From the NCBI GenBank assembly GCA_002713205.1, contig PAVW01000011.1:26143-58142 (forward strand): DNA of 32,000 nucleotides, written 5' to 3'. The translations under genes and the position numbers were made by a program. Source of the DNA: Nitrososphaerota archaeon (lineage in GTDB: Archaea > Thermoproteota > Nitrososphaeria > Nitrososphaerales > UBA57). The notes under the pieces were generated by a model. That model was not told the origin of the DNA. It was given only the letters and a program-made list of their open reading frames with translations, and did no database searches. Shown one piece after another: positions 17,704-26,105 of the stretch (positions within the stretch are counted from its first letter, which is position 1; every line of letters begins with the position of its first letter).

Positions 17704-18723
17704 ATGAAAAAGTTTCCGATTGCAACCCAAGAAATAGGAAGTATAAGAAAACCAAAATGGTTAGTAAAATTATTACAGAATAAAGATATTTCAGAGGAAA
17801 TAAAGCAAACTGCAAGAGACGATATGTCATTACTAAATCTAAAGATGTTCGAAGATATAGGATTAGACGTGGTATATGATGGAGAGGCAAAACGTGTTGA
17901 AATGTATGAGTATAGTGTAAGAAGAATAGAAGGCATAACGCTAGCAGGAAAAATTAGATCATGGGATAATAAATATTACAATAAGGGAAGGTGTACAAAG
18001 AAAGTAAAATACAAAGGGCCATATCATTTAGATGAATTCATGTTTATAAAAAAGAATGCGAGAAAAATGATAAAATTGCCAATAACAGGAGCTTATACAT
18101 TAGCGGATTGGTCTTATAATGAATGTTATAAATCAAAAGAAGATTTTACAATCGACTTAGCAAGGAAAATAATAAGACCATTGATTAGAGATTTGGTAAA
18201 AGAAGGAGCTGATTTCATTCAAATTGATGAACCTGCAGCAACAACTCACCCAGATGAGATAAATCTAGTAGTAGATTCTTTCAATGAATCAATAAAAGGA
18301 ATAAATGCAAAATTTGGAGTTCATATATGTTATAGTGGAAATTATTCAGATATGTATCCACATGTATTGGAAATGAAGAATCATCAATATGAATTGGAAT
18401 TTGCTAATAGAGATTCTTGGAGTAAAGGTGTTCAACATGCAAAAAGAAATGGTTATAGTTCATTTCTCAAAACATTTAGAGAATATGGAGAAAAAAAAGA
18501 AATTGGATTAGGCGTGTTGGATGTACATGTAAATGAAATAGAACCAATAGAAATTATTCGTGATAGAATACTATACGCGGTAAAAATAGTCGATGATCCA
18601 AATTTAATACATGTTAATCCTGATTGTGGTTTGAGAACACGGAGTAGGGAAACATCTTTTGCTAAATTGAAAAACATGGTAAGTGGAGCAAAATTAGCAA
18701 AAAAATCTCTTGGATTAATTTAA
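17704..18723 (+). CDS. metE: cobalamin-independent methionine synthase, catalytic (C-terminal-type) barrel
   Basis: 339 aa. N-terminal EIGSIRKPKW, zinc-ligand motifs HICYS (His-x-Cys) and NPDCGLRTR (Cys), and IQIDEPA. Confidence 0.8.
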   Translation: MKKFPIATQEIGSIRKPKWLVKLLQNKDISEEIKQTARDDMSLLNLKMFEDIGLDVVYDGEAKRVEMYEYSVRRIEGITLAGKIRSWDNKYYNKGRCTKKVKYKGPYHLDEFMFIKKNARKMIKLPITGAYTLADWSYNECYKSKEDFTIDLARKIIRPLIRDLVKEGADFIQIDEPAATTHPDEINLVVDSFNESIKGINAKFGVHICYSGNYSDMYPHVLEMKNHQYELEFANRDSWSKGVQHAKRNGYSSFLKTFREYGEKKEIGLGVLDVHVNEIEPIEIIRDRILYAVKIVDDPNLIHVNPDCGLRTRSRETSFAKLKNMVSGAKLAKKSLGLI

Positions 18724-18724
18724 T

Positions 18725-20173
18725 TTAATCTAGTCTTTTTCTATCAGAAGCATTAGACACAGTAGGAACGGGTGTTGTGGGCGACGGAGAAGGACTAGCG
18801 GCTTTAATCGTATCAGCTTTAGGGTTATAGGATCGATAAACATGAGCCAATATGGCAAAGACAATAAAAATACATCCTGTTTCAAAAAGTGCAAGAGCCC
18901 AATAGCCACTTTGATATGCCATTAAAGCCATACCATTGAGTAATACTTCAAAGGCAACTAATGAAATAATAACAATTGACGTCCAAGTAGTATTAAGAAT
19001 TATTGGTCGAGGTTTCGAGAAAGTTCTTTTAGGACTTGCAAAGGTAGAACGCGCTTTTAAGAATCCATACACTAACACAAAGCTAAATACAACTCCAATT
19101 AACATAATACTATACATAGGAATAGGTTCAATAAACAACCTTTGAGTTAGAGTTTTCGATACATCAGGATCAACATAAAATCCCCAAACAGTTGTAACAA
19201 AAATTTGACTAATACTTGCAATGCCTATCGCAGTAAAGAAAGGCCTATCTTTCCAACTAATTTTTCTACTATGATCAATAAATGGAACAAATAGGAACAT
19301 TACAATTAATAATGCAGGTAAAAGACCTCCAGTAATAAATTTATCAAATCCAGTACGAATGAAAGCATATAACCCAGTGAGATACCATTCAGGAACAGTT
19401 ATACCAGGCGGATGACTAGGGTCAAATTTCACTCCCATTTCGACAGGGAATATCCCACCAGTTATAAAAATTAATCCAGTTAGAGCAGACCACATAGGAA
19501 GATCAAATACTACGAATCTTGGAAAGTGTACAAACATCAATATTCCCATAACGATTGGGATTATAAACACGTGTAGAGCATAAAGTCGTAGAAGAAAATC
19601 AGAGAATCCTTGTCCCCATATTAACGTAGCTAATTGAGGACCTATAATAGGGCTAAAAACAGTTAACGATACACCAATGCTTATTGCTAATTCAGCACGA
19701 TCATTAAAGAGAAGATTATAACCAGTAAATGCTTCCAATATAGTTATTACACCAAGAATTACTCCAGTAACCCAAATCATTTCATTTTTTATTTTATACC
19801 TACCACTGAAATATTGATAATACAAATGTAAGACTGCCATAAAGACCATCGCATTAGATGCATGATAATGGAGATTTCTAATTGCAAAACCATATGGGAT
19901 TTCTTCATCAATAAATGCAACACTATCCCATGCACCTTCAATACCAGGGACATAAAATAGCATCAAGAATGCACCAGTCAATCCGAGTAATAAGAATAAA
20001 GCAAAAGTCAACATGCCACTGTACCCCATGGGACTGAGATATTTTTTAGGAAGAGTGAATCTCAGACCTAAAAAGACAGTGCGTTCAAGACGATTTACGG
20101 TATAATCCCAAAACTTTAGAATAAGATTTTTTTTCTTAGACGTAGCTGCCAATTCCAACCTTCCCTTCTTCAT
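18725..20173 (-). CDS. cytochrome b (fused b6-like N-terminal domain + subunit-IV-like domain + extra C-terminal TM helices) of a complex III analogue
   Basis: 482 aa. Heme-ligand His pairs occur in NLHYHASNAMVFMAVLH and LHVFIIPIVMGILMFVH. Qo-site PEWY motif in VPEWYLTG. About 12 hydrophobic helices. Pro/Ser/Thr-rich tail SPSPSPTTPVPT. Confidence 0.85.
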   Translation of the reverse strand: MKKGRLELAATSKKKNLILKFWDYTVNRLERTVFLGLRFTLPKKYLSPMGYSGMLTFALFLLLGLTGAFLMLFYVPGIEGAWDSVAFIDEEIPYGFAIRNLHYHASNAMVFMAVLHLYYQYFSGRYKIKNEMIWVTGVILGVITILEAFTGYNLLFNDRAELAISIGVSLTVFSPIIGPQLATLIWGQGFSDFLLRLYALHVFIIPIVMGILMFVHFPRFVVFDLPMWSALTGLIFITGGIFPVEMGVKFDPSHPPGITVPEWYLTGLYAFIRTGFDKFITGGLLPALLIVMFLFVPFIDHSRKISWKDRPFFTAIGIASISQIFVTTVWGFYVDPDVSKTLTQRLFIEPIPMYSIMLIGVVFSFVLVYGFLKARSTFASPKRTFSKPRPIILNTTWTSIVIISLVAFEVLLNGMALMAYQSGYWALALFETGCIFIVFAILAHVYRSYNPKADTIKAASPSPSPTTPVPTVSNASDRKRLD

Positions 20174-20202
20174 CTAAAGAATTATAGCACATCTCTGTTA
20201 CT

Positions 20203-20982
20203 TTATTCAGGATTTTTATCCCCTCTTACGTAACGGCCCATTCCAATCACCCCATCATCATCTAAAGAATTATCTGGAGGCAATACCCAAATATCCCCTT
20301 TATCATCAATCTCTAGTGGGAGTGTAGGTAATGCGTTATTTGGTGCAGATTGCAACATAGCTGGCCCTGCATGAGATAAACCATTTCTAACATCGTAATT
20401 ACTTCCATGGCATGGACATTCAATATTACCTATGATTGTTTCTCCATTAATTTCAGTTTCTCGACCTTCAATATAGTCCCAGAGACACCACAAATGCACA
20501 CAAACCATACTGTATATCCTAAAAGCAGATACATCATTATTAGTTCCACCAAGCGAGTCAGCTAAACGTATTAATTGAAAACGGCGAAATGGTTCAGCAT
20601 CCAATTCGGTATCACCAGTTCTTGGAAATGGAAATACAATTGAGCTATCAGGATCAATGTTATCAATATTTGCAAATGTACCATCGTTTTTCATAATTCT
20701 TTGTCGTTCAGGTTTTACACCTCCTAAAGTTGAAGTGAAAAATGAACCGTATGGAATAAACGGAGTCAAGCCTAAAATACCACCAACAACGGCAAGTGTT
20801 TTAAGAAAATTTCTACGATCTTTTACTACAGGTGCAGATTCAGGTTTAACAACATTTTCAGAAGAGGAATCAACTGATGATTGTTTGTGAGTATTTAGTG
20901 GAGATTCGCTTTCATTTATAGAATTTTCTGTAGAACTTGCGTTCTTTGAATTTTCTTCATTTAATTTAGTTTCACCAGACAA
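20203..20982 (-). CDS. Rieske [2Fe-2S] protein with twin-arginine signal
   Basis: 259 aa. Box I CVHLWC, box II CPCHGSNY and the Tat motif DRRNFLKTLAVVGG. The only canonical in-frame start upstream of the RR motif is a TTG. Confidence 0.9.
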   Translation of the reverse strand: MSGETKLNEENSKNASSTENSINESESPLNTHKQSSVDSSSENVVKPESAPVVKDRRNFLKTLAVVGGILGLTPFIPYGSFFTSTLGGVKPERQRIMKNDGTFANIDNIDPDSSIVFPFPRTGDTELDAEPFRRFQLIRLADSLGGTNNDVSAFRIYSMVCVHLWCLWDYIEGRETEINGETIIGNIECPCHGSNYDVRNGLSHAGPAMLQSAPNNALPTLPLEIDDKGDIWVLPPDNSLDDDGVIGMGRYVRGDKNPE

Positions 20983-20984
20983 AC

Positions 20985-21004
20985 ATAGTCAACCCTATAG
21001 TCAA
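20985..21004. repeat. direct repeat ATAGTCAA-N4-ATAGTCAA in the Rieske/cupredoxin divergent control region
   Basis: Exact 8-mers at 20985-20992 and 20997-21004, 12-nt period, starting 3 nt upstream of the Rieske TTG start. Confidence 0.5.
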
Positions 21005-21075
21005 TCGAACATTCTTGTGACAACGAATATATATATCTATTTTCTTCAATTCCAAAAATGGGTTTAAAATGCGAG

Positions 21076-21083
21076 ATTTATAA
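21076..21083 (+). promoter_or_regulatory. candidate TATA box for the cupredoxin gene
   Basis: ATTTATAA lies 25-32 nt upstream of the TTG start at 21108 and is preceded by the purine-rich, BRE-like GCGAG. Confidence 0.35.
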
Positions 21084-21107
21084 GCATCTTTACTTTGAAT
21101 TTAATTA

Positions 21108-21569
21108 TTGAGTCAAGTATCAAAGTGGGCAGGTCCATTAACAGTAATTTTATTAGTTGCAAGTCTAGCAGCGCTCGGATATTATCAATTTATTTACATG
21201 CCAATAGCAAATGCTGAAGTAGAGGTACCACAAGAATGGTTAGAACCTCCGGAAGAATCAATTATCGAAATAATAATTGGATCAGTAAATCAAGATCAAG
21301 AGGAAAATTATGTTCCAAGAGAAATAACAGTAAAGCTAGGAATTAATAATCGTGTTATATGGAAAAACATCGATACAATAATACATACAGTAAGTGCTGA
21401 CTCAGGAGCTGAAGAAGAATTTGAAGAAGAAGCAGGAAGAGCAAATTTCTTAGATCCAGATGGAGGAGAATTTAGTTTTACTTTTACCATGCCTGGTGAA
21501 TATTTCTATCATTGTGAACCACATCCATGGATGAGAGGAACAGTAATAGTTTTAGAACCTGAAGCTTAA
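21108..21569 (+). CDS. membrane-anchored type 1 blue copper protein (plastocyanin/amicyanin-like cupredoxin)
   Basis: 153 aa. N-terminal TM anchor, His ligand in IIHTVSAD, and C-terminal ligand loop YHCEPHPWMRG (Cys-x2-His-x2-Met). A TTG start is needed to include the anchor. Confidence 0.85.
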   Translation: MSQVSKWAGPLTVILLVASLAALGYYQFIYMPIANAEVEVPQEWLEPPEESIIEIIIGSVNQDQEENYVPREITVKLGINNRVIWKNIDTIIHTVSADSGAEEEFEEEAGRANFLDPDGGEFSFTFTMPGEYFYHCEPHPWMRGTVIVLEPEA

Positions 21570-22141
21570 TTTATTTCATTAATTATCTTTGCACGTGCAA
21601 ATAATTTTGCAATTCGAATTGGCTCAGGAATAGAACCTTGTAATAAAAATTTATTTAAAACTTTTTTTGTATCAAAAGTAGACAGACCAGCAACATTAAC
21701 ATAAACAACATAACCTGTTTTAGTAGAAATTTTTAATACCTCGCCATTTTGAATATAAATTTTTATTTTTTGTTTCCATGTATCAGGAAATTTATTTTTA
21801 AAATTTAATTCAAGATTTTTTGGAGACTTAAGTGATACAGAAATTATAGGGACAGCAAGTGAATCATACAAAGCATGAAGATTAATAATATTATAGCTGC
21901 TAAGAATAGAACCCAAAATCATAATTAGATTGATATCAGTTCGTTTCATTTTTTTATATAATAATATAATATTCTTTGTAATATCATCACCACCAATTTT
22001 ACATTCACCATAATTACAACCGTCAATTACCAAATCACTTCTCATTACAACAGCACACAATGTAGAGTTCTTTGCAGTGCGTTTAGAACATTCTGCAATA
22101 CCCATAGCACGAATAGCATGTTTTTCTAAATGAATTTTCAT
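21566..22141 (-). CDS. DUF99 / UPF0215 family protein (endonuclease V-like fold)
   Basis: 191 aa. The N-terminal pattern IRAMGIAECS...LCAVVMRSDLVIDG matches my recollection of archaeal DUF99 proteins. Function unknown. Confidence 0.55.
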   Translation of the reverse strand: MKIHLEKHAIRAMGIAECSKRTAKNSTLCAVVMRSDLVIDGCNYGECKIGGDDITKNIILLYKKMKRTDINLIMILGSILSSYNIINLHALYDSLAVPIISVSLKSPKNLELNFKNKFPDTWKQKIKIYIQNGEVLKISTKTGYVVYVNVAGLSTFDTKKVLNKFLLQGSIPEPIRIAKLFARAKIINEIN

Positions 22142-22170
22142 GAATAATCGGATTAATCAAAAAATTTAAA

Positions 22171-23610
22171 TCAATAACTAGGTTCAGATATTCTCTTTGG
22201 TCTATTTTTATATTTTTTAAGAATTGAAGAAATGGATTTTTGGAAAAGTAGAGATCTTTCAGGCGCATTACCAATGTGCTTTGAATAATCAGAAAGATTT
22301 TTTATATTAAATGAAAATTTGGATAAGTTCTTATTTTTTGAAATTAATTCAAACAAAGGATTAGGATTGCCAAGTTCTACTTCGTCCCAAGCTTTTAAGG
22401 AAATTTTTCTAAATTCTTCGTGTAAACTTTGACGATTTTTACCTTGTTTCGATAGATCCATCATAATGGGTTCAATTAATGCAAATGGCCCATATGCATT
22501 GAGATTTTTATTGATATTAATTTTAGAGATTTCCATTCCAGACAGTATTTTTGAATAAATTATCAAACATTCATCGAGTGCCAAAAAGCTCTCAGGAATT
22601 ATTATTCTCCGATTTGCTGAATCATCAAGTGTTCGTTCTAAGATGCTATTTGCTGCATTAGAATGAGCTACAGAAAGAAATGATGAGATATATCTTGTTA
22701 AAGAAGAAATACGTTCCGACATCATAGGATTGCGTTTAAATGGCATAGCACTAGAACTGACTTGATGTTTTTTCATTGGTTCTTTAAACTCTCCAAAAGG
22801 AGGAGATTGTAAAATTCGAAAATCAATAGAGAATTTATGCAGACTTTGTGCAAGTGAAGACAATGCAGATAAAATTAAAAAATCAACTTTACGTGGATAT
22901 GTTTGAGAAGAAATTAAGAAGGATTTAAGATCCAATTTTTTCATAACCGTGTTTTCAAGATTTTGGGGATTTTTACCCAATAATCTTTGATAGCTTGCAG
23001 ACGTACCAACAGCACCTTTTATTCCTTTGCCAAGAGCAAAATTCTCGAGAATAAATTCAATATTTTTAATATCAAGAAATAAATCTTGTGCGTAAAGCGA
23101 GAATCGATAGCCGAGGGTTGTCGGTTCTGCAGGTTGAATATGCGTCCAACCCATACAAACAGTGTTATTATAAGACTTAATTTTTTTAGATAGTAAATCC
23201 ATACAATCAACTGTTTTTTCTAAGATAATTGTTAGAGCTTCTCGAATTATCAACATATCCGCATTATCCTCAATATCCATAGAAGTTGCACCGAGATGGA
23301 TTTTTCCACCTCCTTTTTTTGCTTGAGTTGAAAATGTTTTAATTTCTGACATTAAATCATGACGGATTTTTTTCTCAATAGCTAATGAACGAGGTATATT
23401 CACGCTGCTTGATGATGAAAATTTCTTAATATTATTTAATTCTGATTTAGATATTAATCCGTATTCATACTGTGATGAAGCTAAAGCGTACCAAATTTTT
23501 CTCCATTGTGTACGTTTATATTTCTCTGAAAAAAGCACTCTCATTTCTGAGCTTCCATAACGCCATGAAAAAGGAGAGAGAAAATTATTAAAATCTGGAT
23601 TCATGCACAA
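22171..23610 (-). CDS. purB: adenylosuccinate lyase
   Basis: 479 aa. Fumarate-lyase signature SSAMPFKRNP plus TSMDIEDNA and GWTHIQPAEPTTLG, which are typical of PurB. Confidence 0.9.
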   Translation of the reverse strand: MCMNPDFNNFLSPFSWRYGSSEMRVLFSEKYKRTQWRKIWYALASSQYEYGLISKSELNNIKKFSSSSSVNIPRSLAIEKKIRHDLMSEIKTFSTQAKKGGGKIHLGATSMDIEDNADMLIIREALTIILEKTVDCMDLLSKKIKSYNNTVCMGWTHIQPAEPTTLGYRFSLYAQDLFLDIKNIEFILENFALGKGIKGAVGTSASYQRLLGKNPQNLENTVMKKLDLKSFLISSQTYPRKVDFLILSALSSLAQSLHKFSIDFRILQSPPFGEFKEPMKKHQVSSSAMPFKRNPMMSERISSLTRYISSFLSVAHSNAANSILERTLDDSANRRIIIPESFLALDECLIIYSKILSGMEISKININKNLNAYGPFALIEPIMMDLSKQGKNRQSLHEEFRKISLKAWDEVELGNPNPLFELISKNKNLSKFSFNIKNLSDYSKHIGNAPERSLLFQKSISSILKKYKNRPKRISEPSY

Positions 23611-23613
23611 TAC

Positions 23614-25029
23614 TCATTTCTTTTTATTTTTATTAAGTTTAGGCATTCCTGGTTTGGTGATATCAATTAAATTAAATAATAAAGAGATTTCATTATCTGT
23701 TAATATTTTTTCTTGTTTAATTACATCAAGAATATGTAATCCTGAATCTGATGCTTTTTGAACTATTTTTGATGCTGCAGAATACCCAACTAAAGTATTT
23801 AGAACAGTAGCTAATCCAATACTGTTTTCGGCATATTTTCGACAAGTTTCTTTATTAGCAATAATGTGATCAACACACAATAAACGGAATTGTCTAATTG
23901 CATTAGTCAATATATTTATCGAAAATAATAAATTAATAGCAATCATCGGCATCATAACATTAAGTTCAAGTTGTCCTGCTTGTACCGCAAAATTAATTCC
24001 AGTATCACATCCAATAACCTGAAAGCAGACCATATTAACCATTTCTGGAATAGAAGGATTAACTTTTCCTGGCATAATAGATGAGCCTGGAGCTACAGCA
24101 GGTAATATAATTTCTGAGAAACCGGTTCTCGGACCAGAAGAAAGCAATCTTAGATCATTACAAATTCTTGTTAATTCCAATGAAAGAATACGAAGAGTCG
24201 AAGACAGATGTGCTATATCTTGTTGACTTTGCATGGATTCTCGAAAGTCTCGTGATAAAATAAATTTAGCATCTAATTGAGTTGATAAGTTTTTTATTAT
24301 TGTAGAAGAATATTTAGGATGAGTATTAATTCCTGTACCTGCAGCACTACCGCCTATACCCAACACATAAAGAGATTTTTTTGAATGTTGAATTTCTTGA
24401 AGAGATTTATTAATTGTAAGCGAATATGCGCTAAATTCTTGACCAAGAGTAATAGGTACAGCATCTTGTAAATGAGTTCGAGCTGATTTTACAACCAAAT
24501 TAAATTCTTTAGCTTTAGAAGAAAAAGAAGAAGATAGATTAGAGATTTCAGATTCTAAATTTAAAATTGTATGTAAAGTCGATATGCGCATTGCAGTAGG
24601 AAAAGTATCATTAGTAGATTGAGACATATTTACATGATCGTTAGGATGAATAGGATAATATTTTCCAAGTTTTTCACCTAGAATTTCATTTGATCGATTT
24701 GCAATAACTTCATTACAATTCATATTAAATGATGTTCCTGCACCCATTTGAAAAACATCTACAAGAAATTGATTTCGAAATTTACCTTGTAATATTTCAT
24801 CAGTAGTCTTTATTATTGCTCGAGCAAATTTATTATTCAATAAACCAAGATGGTTATTAGTCACAGCTGCAGCCTTTTTAATGGAAGTATAAGCATTAAT
24901 AAATTCACTTGGATATTTTAATCCACTAATCGGAAAATTATCAATTGCTCTTTGTGTTTGAATACCATAATATGCATTTACAGGAACTTTTTTCTTGCCT
25001 AGAGAATCATATTCTATTCTGAACTTCAT
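23614..25029 (-). CDS. aspartate ammonia-lyase / class II fumarate hydratase family lyase (motifs lean towards aspartase)
   Basis: 471 aa. GSSIMPGKVNP signature. AYYGIQTQRA, HPNDHVNMSQSTND and THLQDAVPITLGQEF resemble AspA more than FumC (SSND, DATP), but not decisively. Confidence 0.85.
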   Translation of the reverse strand: MKFRIEYDSLGKKKVPVNAYYGIQTQRAIDNFPISGLKYPSEFINAYTSIKKAAAVTNNHLGLLNNKFARAIIKTTDEILQGKFRNQFLVDVFQMGAGTSFNMNCNEVIANRSNEILGEKLGKYYPIHPNDHVNMSQSTNDTFPTAMRISTLHTILNLESEISNLSSSFSSKAKEFNLVVKSARTHLQDAVPITLGQEFSAYSLTINKSLQEIQHSKKSLYVLGIGGSAAGTGINTHPKYSSTIIKNLSTQLDAKFILSRDFRESMQSQQDIAHLSSTLRILSLELTRICNDLRLLSSGPRTGFSEIILPAVAPGSSIMPGKVNPSIPEMVNMVCFQVIGCDTGINFAVQAGQLELNVMMPMIAINLLFSINILTNAIRQFRLLCVDHIIANKETCRKYAENSIGLATVLNTLVGYSAASKIVQKASDSGLHILDVIKQEKILTDNEISLLFNLIDITKPGMPKLNKNKKK

Positions 25030-25050
25030 ACGTACAACTATTTATGGGAA

Positions 25051-25062
25051 AAATATCTATAT
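25051..25062. promoter_or_regulatory. candidate shared TATA-like element in a 57-bp divergent spacer
   Basis: AAATATCTATAT covers positions -25 to -31 relative to both start codons (25029 on the minus strand, 25087 on the plus strand). Confidence 0.35.
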
Positions 25063-25086
25063 CTGAATTACGGATTATAATACATT

Positions 25087-25731
25087 ATGTTTAAAGATAG
25101 GCGCCAAGCAGGCGATGAATTAGCTAAAATAATAGTTTCAAATCATTATTCAAATCCAATTATATGTGCCATACCAAGAGGAGGCATAGAAATAGGTTTT
25201 TATATAGCAAAGAAATTGAAGTGTAGATTAAACACTATTACTTCAAAAAAACTAAGAGCGCCAAATCAACCTGAATTAGCAATTGGAGCAGTTGCTCAAG
25301 ATGGTACAATATATATTGATAACAGTTTAGTAGAATCTCTGCAAATAAATGAATCTTATATTGAAAATGAAATAAAAAAACAGTTGTCGGAATTATCTGC
25401 ACGTAATAATATGTATAAAAAATTTAGTTGTGATAGCAATATACAGAATAACACAGTTATAATAAGCGATGATGGAATTGCAACAGGGTCTACACTAAAA
25501 GCTGCAATTCTATCATTAAAAAAGAATCATGTAGAGAACATAATTATTGCGACGCCAGTAGTAGCTAATGATACAAAAATAGAACTTGGAAAATTTGTGA
25601 AAAATATAATTTCACTGAACAATCCAATATTCATGTCATCAGTAAGTAGTTTTTATGAAAACTTTCCTCAGCTTACGCATGAAGAAGGAGTAGACATGTT
25701 AAAGAAATCAATAATAAAAAAAATAGATTAA
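25087..25731 (+). CDS. type I phosphoribosyltransferase-family protein (substrate unknown)
   Basis: 214 aa. PRPP-binding loop VIISDDGIATGSTLKAA and an N-terminal RRQAG...IPRGG pattern. Confidence 0.75.
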   Translation: MFKDRRQAGDELAKIIVSNHYSNPIICAIPRGGIEIGFYIAKKLKCRLNTITSKKLRAPNQPELAIGAVAQDGTIYIDNSLVESLQINESYIENEIKKQLSELSARNNMYKKFSCDSNIQNNTVIISDDGIATGSTLKAAILSLKKNHVENIIIATPVVANDTKIELGKFVKNIISLNNPIFMSSVSSFYENFPQLTHEEGVDMLKKSIIKKID

Positions 25732-26084
25732 TAACCCTGTTTTTGTCTCATGTGATTTATTTTATTTTTTCTTTTATATTCATTAAGAATATCTTTCGGG
25801 GACATATCTAATTCAATTGAAGCTTGAACTACAAAATGCCATATATCAATCAACTCTTCCTTCGCCAAAGTTTGGTTAAAAGTTGAACTTTGTTTCCACC
25901 ATTTCCAAGAAGTAAGACTTTGTAATTCAATTGTTTCATGAATAATTGCGGTGCATAAAGCAGAAATACGTTCTTCTTTATCTTTAGGATATCTATTCAA
26001 TTCCAGTATAGATGTATAGTCTTTCTGTAATTGGAAAATGTTATTCAATATATCATCATCGACATCACGAATAATTTTTGCCAT
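25728..26084 (-). CDS. all-alpha NTP pyrophosphohydrolase, dimeric dUTPase-like
   Basis: 118 aa. HETIELQ...WKWWK...EELIDIWHFVVQ...YKRKNKINHMRQKQGY matches the dimeric dUTPase (dUTPase_2-like) pattern as I recall it. Confidence 0.55.
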   Translation of the reverse strand: MAKIIRDVDDDILNNIFQLQKDYTSILELNRYPKDKEERISALCTAIIHETIELQSLTSWKWWKQSSTFNQTLAKEELIDIWHFVVQASIELDMSPKDILNEYKRKNKINHMRQKQGY

Positions 26085-26105
26085 ATGTAATGAAACGAAG
26101 TATAG

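Noticed and set aside
17548-17936. Three overlapping minus-strand ORFs (60-78 aa) spanning the junction of the two MetE-like genes
   Set aside because: They overlap each other in different frames and lie antisense to both MetE-like genes. Their low-complexity sequences leave no support for coding.
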